From positions 736,001 through 800,000 of the forward strand of contig CAWKKR010000007.1 in NCBI GenBank assembly GCA_963850305.1: a stretch of 64,000 nt of DNA, given 5' to 3'. A program made the position numbers and the translations under genes. Numbering within the stretch: position 1 is the stretch's first letter; the number at the start of each line of letters is the position of its first letter. Shown in pieces: positions 41,319 to 52,050 of the stretch. This DNA comes from an uncultured delta proteobacterium. Its GTDB lineage: Bacteria; Myxococcota_A; Polyangia; Polyangiales; Polyangiaceae. The notes beneath the pieces were generated by a model, which searched no databases, was not told where the DNA came from, and was given only the letters and a program-made list of their open reading frames with translations.

Positions 41319-43216
41319 GCGCACTGGCTGGCTCGCTCCGGCCTTCGCGACGCTGCTCTGTTTCGCCTGCGCTTACGATCCGAGGAACATCCACGTCGCG
41401 CGCACGGAGCCAGAGTGGGACGTGAGCCACGTCGCGCCCGAGAGCTGGCCGCTCTGCGTCTTGATCGGTCCTGGAAGCGCAGTCTCGGGCATCCATGGGA
41501 CCGATCTCGGTTTCACCGTCAAAGACCCGGCACATCCGGACCGATTGGCGGCGCTGTTCGGTGACACCTGGGCGGAGACCCGGAACGGGTGCGGGTACCC
41601 GGTTTCGAGGAGCGACGATCTCGAGGCTTCCCTACCGGTCGAGCGCCCGCCGATGCTCCACGCAGGGGAACCGACCGGCTCGGAGGGTGCCGCATGCGGG
41701 AGCCTGGACGTGCCCCCGATGCAGGCAGGTCCAACGCCGTGGCGTCCCATTCGGCTGTTCGACAGTCCAGCGGCGGGCCGCGACGACACGCCGCTCGACA
41801 CTGGCCCGCTCAGGACTCCGGTGGCGGCGTTCAGCGATGGCAGCCATGTGTTCGCCCTCTACAACCGCGACGAAGCGTCGCAGTGCAAGGTGTCGAGTGA
41901 ATGCCCCGATGGGATGGCGTGCTCCGTCGCGCCGGATTATCGCGGAAGGCGGCTCGGCGAGTGTTCTCACACCAGCGGTTCGGCGGGCGGCGCGGCGCCG
42001 GCGTATTGTCGGGACGTTTCGGACTGCGGTCCCGGTCTGCAATGCAGCCCCACGACTCGGGGGGTGTGCCTGGCGCGGAGGCCGTTTGCTCTGCAGACGC
42101 GACACGGGCTCGTCGAGCCCCCGTGGTACCGGGACGACCCGCGGCTCGGGATGGCCTACGTAATCGACGTCGCGGCTCGTCTCTGGCCCGATCGACCCAG
42201 CGACTATGCCGTCGTGGGGAGATTCGTCACCAATCGCTTCGTGAACGTCGCGGCGCGCACGGTGGCACACTTCGACCCGGAGCATGCCGAGTCGAATGAC
42301 TACGGTCCCGGGTTCCAGACGTTGCTCCTCTGGGGTCGCCCATCCTTCTTCGGCTCGGGTGGCGCCCAGAGCCTCCCGTTTCTCCTCTACCAATCGCTCG
42401 AGGCTTCTCACGGCGATCCGCGCGCGTTGAAATGGGAGCCGCACTTTTTCGCGGGATACGGCGCCACGGGCAAACCGCGCTGGTCCACCCGCGAGCGTGA
42501 CGCGATCCCCGTCTACGGCACTGCGGCGAAGCTTTCGGACCCTGGCTCCAGGATCGAGTGGACCGAGCCGGAGTTCGACTACGTGAATCAGATGTCGGTG
42601 AGCTGGGTCGCCCCCCTGAAGCGATGGGTGATGCTCTACGGGGGTGACGTTCCCGCCTTCATGGTTCGAGATCCGCATACCGGCGTCGTCCCGGAGCCTT
42701 TTTATGCTCAGCCCACGGCCGGGGCGATTCACTTTCGCGTGTCGCCACATCCGTGGGGACGAGCAAGCGGCCGCCAGAGCGAGCGAGACGGCTGGACGTC
42801 GCCGGAGCCGCTCCTGACTCGCGAAGAGGCGGCGCGCTACCTGGCATGCGGCAGGGGAGGACGAAAGGAGCTGCCGGGATGCGTGAAGGACGGCGAAGGC
42901 TCGCGGCTGCCGCCCGCTTTGGCGACCCCGCGTGCTTCCCTCGGAGAGCTCGTCGGGCAGACGTTCACGTGCTTCGCGGGCGACCTCGCGGAGGCAGTGC
43001 AAGCCGACGTGTCCGGCAACCCGATCGGTCGCTTGTACGCCCCGAACGTCATCGAAGCATGGACGGAGAACGTGAGCGACGCCTCGGCGGACGAACTTGC
43101 CGCGGAGATTCTACTGGAACGTGTCGACGTGGAACCCCTATCAGGTCGTGCTCGTCAAATCGCGTCTTCGCGCGCGAGCCGGCGGGGTCGTCACCGATGC
43201 TGCGGCCTCGCGGTGA
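41311..43216 (+). CDS. DUF4185-like Cys-rich lipoprotein (1-nt frameshift near 43110)
   Basis: ATG 41311, signal peptide ending ..LCFAC; GTDLG..LFGDTW; LYAPNVI. Corrected C-terminus EIYWNVSTWNPYQVVLVKS with stop at 43216. Confidence 0.7.
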
Positions 43217-43264
43217 GGCCTCGGACTCGTCGAGGGGCTCGCAGAGAATCGATGGGTCGACGGC

Positions 43265-46200
43265 TCAGGGCGATGGCGCGCCGCCTTCCGCGTCCGGAAG
43301 TCCGCGCCCCTTCCAGACCGCGAAGATCGCCGGGTAGACCGTGAGCTCCAGGAGAAACGACGTCACGAGGCCGCCGACCATCGGTGCTGCGATGCGCTTC
43401 ATGACGTCAGCGCCGGTCCCGGTGCTCGAAGAGAACGGGGACGAGGCCGATGATCATCGTCGCGACGGTCATGAGCTTCGGCCGGAGCCGCTTCGCCGCG
43501 CCTTCGACGATGGCCTCCTTCAGGTTGCCTCGCGAGAGGAGCGTTCCGTCGCGCTCGTGGCGGCGGTGCGCGAGCGAGAGATAGAGCAGCATCACGACGC
43601 CGGTCTCGGCATCGAGGCCCGCCAGCGCGATCATGCCGACCCAGACGGCGACGCTCAGGTTGTAGTGCAGCAAATACAGAAGCCAAACGGCTCCGACGAG
43701 CGAGAAGGGCACCGCCAGCATGACGATCATCGTCTCGACAATCGAGGTCGTATTCCAATAGAGCAAGGTGAACACGATGCCCAACGTAAGCGGGATGACC
43801 CACTCCAAGCGCGCCTTCGCCCGCTCGAAGTACTTGAACTGGCCCACCCACGCGAGGCGGGTCCCGGCGGGAAGCTGGACTTCGCGGGCGACGGCTCGCT
43901 TCGCGTCCGAGACGTAGTCGGCGATCGGTCGATCGGTGTCGACGAAGACGAATCCGACGAGCTTTCCGTCTTCGCTCCGGATCATGGGTGGCCCGATCAC
44001 GCTCCGGATCGTCGTCACTTGCGAAAGCGGCACCTGGGCGCCGTCGGGCGTGGAAATGAGCACGCGCCCGAGGAGCTCCGGATCGTCGCGGAACTCGCGC
44101 GCGTAGCGGACGGAGATCGGGTAACGCTCGCGTCCTTCGACCGTCTCGGAGACGTTTTCGCCGCCGACCGCGTGCGCGACGACCGAGTTGACGTCAGCAA
44201 CGGTCAGCCCGTGGCGGGCCGCTTCCACACGGTTCACGTCGAAGTCGACGTAGAAGCCGCCCGTCGACCGCTCCGCGAACGCGCTGCGCGTCCCCGGGCA
44301 TCCGCGATACCGCGTGTTCGACCGCGATCGCGGTCTTCTCGATGGCGCCGAGATCGTCGCCGAAGACCTCGATGCCGAGCGGGCTGCGCACTCCGGTCGC
44401 CAGCATCTCGGTCCGGGTCTGGATGGGCATCCACCACACGTTGGGCATGCCGGGGAAGTGGAGCTTCGCGTCCATCTCCTCGGACGAGCGCGTCCCAGGT
44501 GAGTCCCTCGGCGCCACTGAGAGCGCGGCTTCAGCACCACGGTGATCTCCGCCATGCCGAGCGGCGCAGGATCGGTCGCGGTTTCGGCGCGTCCCTCCTT
44601 GCCGAACACGCTGACGACCTCGGGGAACCTCTTTAGCTCGCGGTCCATCGCCTGCAGGAGCACGGACGCCTCGTTCTCGGACATGCCCGGCGGCGCTGTC
44701 GGCATGTAGAGGATCGACGCCCTCGTTCAGCGGCGGCATGAACTCGCTGCTCGAGGCGAGAGACCGCGGGGACGGTGAGCAACAACGTGAGGCAGCGCCA
44801 CGACGAGCACCTTCCAGCGATGGTCGCACGACGAAGCGCACGACGGGCGCGTAAGCCGCGGCCAGCCATCGATTGAGCGGGTTCCTGGATTCGTCGTGCA
44901 CCTTGCCGCGGATGAGAAGCACGGCGAGCGCCGGCGTGAGCGTGACGGCGAGGATCGCGGCAAAGCCGATCGAGTAGGTCTTCGTGAAGGCGAGCGGCTT
45001 GAAGAGGCGCCCCTCGGTTGCCTCGAGCGTGAACACGGGCAGGAAGGAGACGGTGATGACGAGGAGCGAGAAGAAGATGGACGGCCCGACCTCCTGCATC
45101 GCCGGAGATGATCGCCTCTGCGCGGGGACGTGGACGGCCATCCGCCGTCCCACTCGGCAAGCTTCTTGTGGATGTTCTCGATGATGATGATCGACCCGTC
45201 GACCATCGCCCCGATCGCGACCGCGATGCCCGCCGAGCGACATGATGTTCGCCGTGAGGTGCTGCTGGACCATCGGAATGAAGGCCAGGAGCACGCCGAC
45301 CGGCAGCGTCAGGATCGGGATCGAGCGCGCTCCGGGCGTGCAGCAGGAAGACGAAGATGACGAGGCTGACGACGATCATCTCCTCGACGAGCGTGTGCTG
45401 GAGCGTGTGCACCGAGTCTTCGATCAGGCTCGGACCGGTCGTAGGTCGTCACGACGTGAACGCCGGCCGGCAGGCTCCGCTGAATCTCGGCCGAGCGCGC
45501 CTTCACACGCCTCGATCACGGTCAGCGCGTTTTCGCCGTAGCGCATGATCACGATGCCGCCGGGCGCTTCGCCCTCGCCGTTCAGCTCGGTGAGGCCACG
45601 ACGAATGTCGGGGCCCGATGACTCACCGTCGCGACGTCCTTCACACGGACCGGCGTACCGTCGACGACCTTGATCGGACTCTCCCCGATGTCGGCCGGGT
45701 TCTTCACGTAGCCGCGCCCGCGGATCACCTGCTCGTGGCCCGCGATCTCGATGACGCGGCCCGCCGACCTCCTCGTTCGAGGCACGGACGGCTCGGACGA
45801 CCTCGTCCATCGTGACGCCGTGACCCGAGCAGCTTGTTCGGGTCGACGTTGACCTGGTACTGCTTCACGTATCCGCCGACGCTCGCCACCTCCGCGACGC
45901 CCGGGACGCTCTCCGAGCGCGTAGCGGACGTCCAGTCCTGGATCGAGCGGAGCTCCTGGAGGTCGTGCTTGCCGCTCTCGTCGACGAGGGCGTACTCGAA
46001 GACCCAGCCGACTCCGGTCGCGTCCGGGCCGAGCGTGGGGTTGACTCCTTGCGGCAGCCTGGCGCGGACGGAGTTCAGGTACTCGAGCACGCGGCTACGC
46101 GCCCAGTAGATGTCGGTGCCTTCATCGAAGATGACGTTGACGAACGACATCCCGAACATCGACTCGCCGCGTACGGCCTTTACCCTGGGCGCGGAGATGA

Positions 46201-46456
46201 GCGCCGCGGAGATGGGGTAGGTGACCTGATCCTCCACCAGATCGGGGCTCTGCCCCGTCCAGTCGGTGAAGACGATGACTTGCACATCCGAGAGGTCGGG
46301 GATGGCGTCCAGTGGTGCGCGCCGGAGCGAGACCCAGCCCCACGCCGCCAGCGCTCCCACGAACAGGATCGTGAGGAACGGACGATGCGCACTCGCGGCG
46401 ATGAGGCGCGCGATGAGGCTCGGCTCCCGATCCCCTTTCGAAGCAGGCGCGGTCAC
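43265..46456 (-). pseudogene. cusA: CusA/CzcA heavy-metal RND permease, split by many indels in this assembly
   Basis: Fragments: LDAIPDLSDVQVIVFT..QVTYPI, LGPDATGVGWV, EGRLFKPLAFTKT, MPIQTRTEML, KRLRPKLMT, DVMKRIAAPMVGG. Confidence 0.9.
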
Positions 46457-47758
46457 TTCGATCCCATCGGGGAGGCCATGTCGTCCCAGTACTTCGCCGC
46501 CGTGCTGATCCGCGCTTCTGCGGCGATGAGGAAAATGCCGGAGGTAGCGACGATCTCGGCCTGGCCGAAGGCCCGCGAGCACTTCGTACATTCCGTCGGC
46601 TTCCGTACCGACGTGGATCTCCTGCGGCTGGAAGCGCCCCTGTCCGAGATCGACGAACACCAGCCGTCGCGGTCCGGTGTACACGACGGCGGAGGCGGGC
46701 ACTTGCACTCGAGGCTCTGCTTCGGAAGCGAGCTCCACCGTGGCGTACATCCCGGGGCGCAGGTCGAGGTTCTTGTTCGCGAGCTCCATGCGCACGTGTC
46801 CGGTGCGCGTCGTCGCGTCGAGGTACGGATAGACGTACGCGACTTTCGCCCCGTACGATTGTCCGGGAAGGTAATCGAGCGTGACCGTCGCGCTCTGGCC
46901 GACGTGCACGTGGGCAAGATCGCCTTCGTAAACGTCTGCTTCGACCCAGACGTCGCTGAGTCCGGCAATCCTGAAGAGGCGCACGCCGAGGTCGACCGAG
47001 GCTCCCTCGACGACGTTTTTCTCGATCACGAAGCCGCTCGCCGGCGCGGGTATCGTCACGTTCTCGACCGGCGCGTCCCTCTTGGCGATGACGTCAATCT
47101 CCGGGTCGCCGAGCCCGAGCAGGTGCAAGCGCTGCCGGGCCGCGCGCACGAGGAACTCGGCCCCGCCTGGCCCGCCACCGGAATCAGCACCTCCGCGTGT
47201 CGCGAGCAGAAAGTCCTGCTGTGCGTCGTAGAGCTCCGGGCTGTATACCAAAAAGAGCGGCTGCCCCGTGCGCACGCGCTGCCCGGTTTCGGTCACGAAG
47301 AGCTTCGTGATCCACCCCTGTACCCGGAGGTTCACGTCAGTGAGCTTCGATTCGTCGTACGCGATCCTCCCGACCGCGCGAAACGTGCGTCTCATCGGCG
47401 CCTCGACGACCGGACCGGTTCGGACGCCGATGAGCTGACGGCGCGACTCGTCGATCAGGACGACGCCCTTCTCTTCTTGGCTCTTCGTCACGGGGATGAG
47501 ATCCATGCCGCAAATGGGACACTTACCTGGTCCCTTCTGGTTCACCGACGGATGCATGGAGCACGTGTAATGGTCGATGTCGGTCGATACCCGCGTGGCG
47601 GCGTTCGGGGATCCGTCAGCGGGACCCACGGTCGTGCTGGTCCCGGCGAACCACGCGACGAGCGGCCTTTGGAAGACGATCGCCACGGTCCACAGCACGG
47701 CGGCGAATGCGAGGGACGAGAGGCGGCGCCGCGTGGCGGACGTTCGAGTCGTGTTCAC
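46453..47758 (-). CDS. cusB: CusB-type periplasmic adaptor with heavy-metal-binding domain (1-nt frameshift near 46558)
   Basis: GTG 47758; YTCSMHPSV..PGKCPICGMDL, YSPEL, LRPGMYA; ends EIVATSGIFLI. Confidence 0.9.
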
Positions 47759-49149
47759 CGGTCGTTCTCCCTTCCGTCGACTCCCGGCACGCGACCGAGC
47801 GCGCGATCCAGCTCCGCGTGGCGCCGGTCGCAGTCGGCGCGCGCCATCTGGTAGTCGAGTTCGGTGGTTCGAAGGTTCCTCTCGGCGTCGATCAGCACGG
47901 CGAAGGAGTTTCGTGAGGAGACGAAGCCCGCGCGCGCGGCGTCGACCTGGTCTCTCGCAACGGGCAGCAAGCGCCGCTCGAACAGGTCGAGCACCTGCCT
48001 CGACTCTCGAACCCGCTTCAACGTGACGAAGACCTGCGTGCGGGCCGCATCCTCCAGGCGCGCCACGTCGCTTTCGAATCGGCCGCGCAAGGCGGTCGCC
48101 TCCTCGACAGCACCCGTGCGACGGCCCGTCTGAATAGGCAGGTCGAACGCCAGCCCGAGCATCCACCGGTGCTCGGGCATGCTCCACATCGAGTTGTACG
48201 AAGTGGAAACGGTGAAGTCCGGGTAATCCTCGCGCCTCGCGCGAGCGACGCGCGTCCGTTCCGCGAGCGCGCGCTCTCGAGCTGCGGTGATTTCCGGGCG
48301 AGCGGAGACGGCGTCCGCCTGAAGGCGATTCATATCCGCGATGTCTGGAGCGGGCGACAAGGGCAACTCGTTCGGCGGCGGCGGCAGCGGCTCCTCCGGG
48401 ACTCGATGCAGGAGCTCGTTCATCTCGCCGGCAACTACGTCTCGGTCCGAGGCGAGCACCGCTGCGTCGCGCTCCCTGTGCGCGAGCTCCACCTCGGCCT
48501 GGAGTGGGTCCTGCGCAGAAGCGCGTCCGGCCTCGAACTGAGCCGTCGCGCTCGCACGAAACGTGCGCAGGAGCTCGACGTGCTGCGCGTTGATCTCGAG
48601 CGACCGCACGGCGACGAAGTACTGGTCGTAGAGAGTGAGCGCCGTGAGGGCGAGATCACGTCTCACCGATTCGAAATCGCTCTTCGCCGCTTCGGCCTCG
48701 GCGGCCGCGATCGAGGCCTCGAGTGATCTCTTCCCGAACCACGGCAGGCGCTGACTGACGCCCACCTCGTAGCCGAAGGGCGCGCGCGACGATCCGACGG
48801 ACAGCGGCGCGACTCCGACGTCCACGGTCGGATCGTCGAACGGTGCCACTTGCCGGACGCGCGACAGCGCGGCGTGCCATCCCTGGCGCGCTGCCTCAAT
48901 CGACGGATTGCTCGAGAGGACAGCGCGCACGAAGGCCGCGCGACCGAGCACGGAGCCTGCGAGGGCCCGGGCGTCGTCGTCCGACGCCACGCCGGAGCCC
49001 GTTGCCGCCGGTCGGGAGGGAGCGGCGCGCACCGGAGCCGCGTGCTCGTAGTCGGACCGAAGAGATCCGTAATCTGCGCTGCCCGCTGTGGTCGCGCAGC
49101 CGTTCAGGGACAAACAAAGGCCGATGAGACTCGTTCGCGTGCTGAGCAT
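47755..49149 (-). CDS. TolC-family outer membrane efflux lipoprotein (CusC-like)
   Basis: Lipobox LNGC; NPSIEAAR, SQRLPWFGKR, YPDFTV; first structural gene of the CBA unit. Confidence 0.9.
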   Translation of the reverse strand: MLSTRTSLIGLCLSLNGCATTAGSADYGSLRSDYEHAAPVRAAPSRPAATGSGVASDDDARALAGSVLGRAAFVRAVLSSNPSIEAARQGWHAALSRVRQVAPFDDPTVDVGVAPLSVGSSRAPFGYEVGVSQRLPWFGKRSLEASIAAAEAEAAKSDFESVRRDLALTALTLYDQYFVAVRSLEINAQHVELLRTFRASATAQFEAGRASAQDPLQAEVELAHRERDAAVLASDRDVVAGEMNELLHRVPEEPLPPPPNELPLSPAPDIADMNRLQADAVSARPEITAARERALAERTRVARARREDYPDFTVSTSYNSMWSMPEHRWMLGLAFDLPIQTGRRTGAVEEATALRGRFESDVARLEDAARTQVFVTLKRVRESRQVLDLFERRLLPVARDQVDAARAGFVSSRNSFAVLIDAERNLRTTELDYQMARADCDRRHAELDRALGRVPGVDGRENDR

Positions 49150-49261
49150 GACTCCTCCGCATCGTCATGAAGGCGGCGTTCGCGCGCGGACGCGAGAACG
49201 CACGGTCCATCGACGGCCGGCGCACCAGTGCGCCCGCTCGTCACGACGAACTTGCGATGGC

Positions 49262-49681
49262 TCAGATCAGCAGTGAACAGTGAGCGACGAACAGCGGAGG
49301 TCCGGCCGGCGGCGGCCCGCGCGCGTGCCCGAAGCGCGCCTGGATTGCGCTCGCCACGGTCGAGGTAAACACGGGCGTCGCGAGCACTGCCACGAGGGCT
49401 GCGACGGGAATAACGGTTGCCGAGAGAGGTGCGCTCGACGCGACGCCGGTGCACGCGGCCTTGAGGCGCACGCAGCAGTCCGGAGCGCGGGCTTCCTCTC
49501 GTCGCTGAACTCCGGTCGAGTCCTCGAGCCGCTCCGTACTGCGGTCGGTCTCGCAACAGGGCGCGTCCATCACGCGGCCCGTCATCCGGCAGAAGTAGTG
49601 AAAGCGGCCGAACGCGATGCCAGGCAGGATCAGCGCGAGACCGACCAGAAGGGCGACGAGTCGACGCTGAATGGAGATCAT
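49262..49681 (-). CDS. Cys/His-rich leader protein with C-terminal RGPP motif (DUF2946 / HYC-CC-PP-like)
   Basis: Signal-like N-terminus, HYFC, PCC, DCC, HARGPPP, terminal HCSLLI; directly upstream of the CusC-like gene. Confidence 0.75.
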   Translation of the reverse strand: MISIQRRLVALLVGLALILPGIAFGRFHYFCRMTGRVMDAPCCETDRSTERLEDSTGVQRREEARAPDCCVRLKAACTGVASSAPLSATVIPVAALVAVLATPVFTSTVASAIQARFGHARGPPPAGPPLFVAHCSLLI

Positions 49682-49806
49682 CGAAAACCGGGCAGCATGT
49701 TAGCCGGAAACTCGGTGCCCCGCCACGTGGCCCCGGGTCGCGCCACCGAACGGCTTCCGCTGGTGCAGGCTTCTTCGGGCCAAAGTTCTGGCCAAACCCG
49801 GGGCGT

Positions 49807-49822
49807 TGCGGGCGCTGTGCCA
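49807..49822 (-). promoter_or_regulatory. Possible sigma-54 promoter for the cus unit
   Basis: Minus strand TGGCACA-GCGC-CCGCA (GG-N10-GC); the -12 element is weak. Confidence 0.3.
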
Positions 49823-50022
49823 GCGTCAGAGCCGAGACGGCCCCGCGAGCCCCCGACCGATCACGAAAAGCGAGTAGGGTGGAACCGAACTCGCTCGAAT
49901 CGGCCTCGTTTGATGCACGCATTGCCTGGGGCGTAAGCGCTGCGCGCGAGAGCAGGTTACGGCTGCCCGATTTTCTTCTAGCTTGTTCGCCGGAGCACAT
50001 CTTGCACTCGGCCGGCTTCAGG

Positions 50023-51039
50023 ATGAATGGTTCGTGTCCGCACGTCTCGCTCACGGGTTTGCTGTTGTCGTCGGCGCTCGGTTGCTCGCGAGGCGCCCCG
50101 CTCCCGTACGCGGGCTTCACCGACGCCCCGGTGGCCGCCGTGGCGTCCCTGGTCGCGGGCCAGGTCGATTCGATGCCCGTCCGCGAAGGTGACGTCGTCA
50201 AGAGGGGCGACCTTCTCGCGCAGCTCGACGCGCGGGAACGGCAGGCGGCGGTGGCACAGGCCGAGGCGAATCTCGCGCAGGCCAAGGAGGCGCTCAAGGA
50301 GGCCGAGGCGAATCTGCGGGCGGCCGTCCCCACGGTGAACGGCGCTCGCGCCGACATCGCGCAAGCTCAGGCAACGTTCGACGACAACGAGGACAACTTC
50401 GAGCGGACGCAGCACCTGGTCGACAGCGGTGCGGAGGCGGCCGCCACTTTGATCGCTGCGAGGGCGCGCATGCTGGAGGCGAAGGCTCACATCGAGTCGC
50501 TGACCGCCGCGCGAGCCGCCACAGCGGGTCGCGTCAACGCTTCTGCGGCGGCAGTCGCGGACGCGCATGCCGCGGTGGGGACTGCGCAGGCCACGCTCGA
50601 GGTCGCCAAGGTGCAGCTCGCGGAGGCTCAGGTGCTGAGCCCCTTCGACGGCCTGGTGGTGCAGCGGAACCTGCAGCCCGGAGAGTGGGCAGCGCCGGGG
50701 ACGCCGGTCGTGACGATCGAGGATCTCTCGCAGCTCTGGGTTCGCCTGGACATCGAGGAGAGCAAGCTCGAGGGTCTGCACCTCCAGCAGCCCGCGGAGG
50801 TTCACGTGATCGCCGAGCCCGGGAAGAGCTTCCTGGGCCACGTGATCGAGATCGGCGCCGAGGGTGATTTTGCGGTCAACCGGGACGTGAAGCGGGGCCG
50901 CCCCGATCTCCGGACGTTTCTCGTCCGCGTGGGGATCGAGGATCCCTCGCGGTCGCTCAGGCCGGGGATGACCGCGGAGGTCTCGATCCCTTCGCTCGCC
51001 GCGCCTTCGCGGACGGGCGAGAACCGCGCCGAGCGCTGA
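50023..51039 (+). CDS. HlyD-family membrane fusion lipoprotein
   Basis: ATG 50023, lipobox ALGC; VREGDVVKRGDLLAQLD, SPFDG, LRPGMTAEV. Confidence 0.9.
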   Translation: MNGSCPHVSLTGLLLSSALGCSRGAPLPYAGFTDAPVAAVASLVAGQVDSMPVREGDVVKRGDLLAQLDARERQAAVAQAEANLAQAKEALKEAEANLRAAVPTVNGARADIAQAQATFDDNEDNFERTQHLVDSGAEAAATLIAARARMLEAKAHIESLTAARAATAGRVNASAAAVADAHAAVGTAQATLEVAKVQLAEAQVLSPFDGLVVQRNLQPGEWAAPGTPVVTIEDLSQLWVRLDIEESKLEGLHLQQPAEVHVIAEPGKSFLGHVIEIGAEGDFAVNRDVKRGRPDLRTFLVRVGIEDPSRSLRPGMTAEVSIPSLAAPSRTGENRAER

Positions 51040-51051
51040 CGGGCTCTTCCG

Positions 51052-52050
51052 ATGAACCCCGAGAACGCGATCGAGCTGCACAAGATCGTGAAGCGCTTCG
51101 GCGACTTCACCGCGGTGGACGGAGTCGACCTCGAAGTGCGCCACGGCGAGCTGTTCGGGATGCTCGGGCCCAATGGCGCCGGAAAGACGACGCTCGTGCG
51201 CATGCTCACCGGGATCGTGCCGGTCACGTCGGGCGAGGCGAGCGTCGCGGGCATCGACGTGCGGCGCGACCCGGGCGGCGTGCGGCAGGCGATCGGAGTC
51301 GTCCCGCAGGCCCTGACCTCCGACACCGATCTCTCCGGGTTCGAGAATCTCGACATCTACGCGCGCTTCTTCGACATGTCGCGCGACGAGCGCAAGCCCC
51401 GGATCGAGGAGCTTCTCCACAAGGTGGGACTCTGGGATCGCCGAAAATCGCTCGTCAGGACGTACTCCGGCGGAATGCGCCGCCGGCTCGAGATCGCGCG
51501 CGGGCTCATCCACAAACCGAAGGTGCTGTTCCTCGATGAACCGACGATCGGCCTCGACCCGCAGAGCCGGCACGTCATCTGGGACCTCCTGCTCGATCTG
51601 CGAAAAGGGTCCGAGCTGACCGTCTCGCTCACGACCCATTATCTGGACGAAGCCGAGGCGCTCTGCGACCGCGTGGCCATCATCGATCAGGGGAAGATTG
51701 TGGCGCTCGGCACGCCCCAGGACCTGAAGTCGGGCGTACCCGGCAGCGACACCGTGGAGCTCTCGCTCAGGGCCCCGCCGACGGACGCGCAGCTGGCCGA
51801 GATCCAGACGCTCGCGACTGTTCGCAACGTCGAGAGGACGTCCGACGGCCTGCGCGTGCGGGCGGACGGCGGCGCGGCGCTCTTGCCGAAGGTCATCGAG
51901 ACCCTCCGCGAGGACGGGCTCGAGGTCACGGCCGCCAGCCTGCAGCGCATCAGCCTCGAGGACGTCTTCATCCACTTCACGGGCCGATCGCTGCGCGAAG
52001 AGAGCGCGCCCAAGGGTCAGGCCTTCATTCCGCCGAGGAGGTTCACGTGA
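51052..52050 (+). CDS. ABC transporter ATP-binding protein (DrrA-like)
   Basis: GPNGAGKTT, YSGGMRRRLE, LDEPTIGLDP, TTHYLDEA. Confidence 0.96.
   Translation: MNPENAIELHKIVKRFGDFTAVDGVDLEVRHGELFGMLGPNGAGKTTLVRMLTGIVPVTSGEASVAGIDVRRDPGGVRQAIGVVPQALTSDTDLSGFENLDIYARFFDMSRDERKPRIEELLHKVGLWDRRKSLVRTYSGGMRRRLEIARGLIHKPKVLFLDEPTIGLDPQSRHVIWDLLLDLRKGSELTVSLTTHYLDEAEALCDRVAIIDQGKIVALGTPQDLKSGVPGSDTVELSLRAPPTDAQLAEIQTLATVRNVERTSDGLRVRADGGAALLPKVIETLREDGLEVTAASLQRISLEDVFIHFTGRSLREESAPKGQAFIPPRRFT

Noticed and set aside
45725..48187. 820-aa CusB-CusA fusion protein
   Set aside because: Artefact of one extra base near 46558 that moves cusB into the cusA frame. Correcting it restores the normal cusB end and a GTGA overlap.
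49991..50006. Sigma-54 promoter for the HlyD-ABC operon (CGGAGCACATCTTGCA)
   Set aside because: GG-N10-GC spacing is present, but the -24 element is poor and it would leave almost no leader. Too weak to call.
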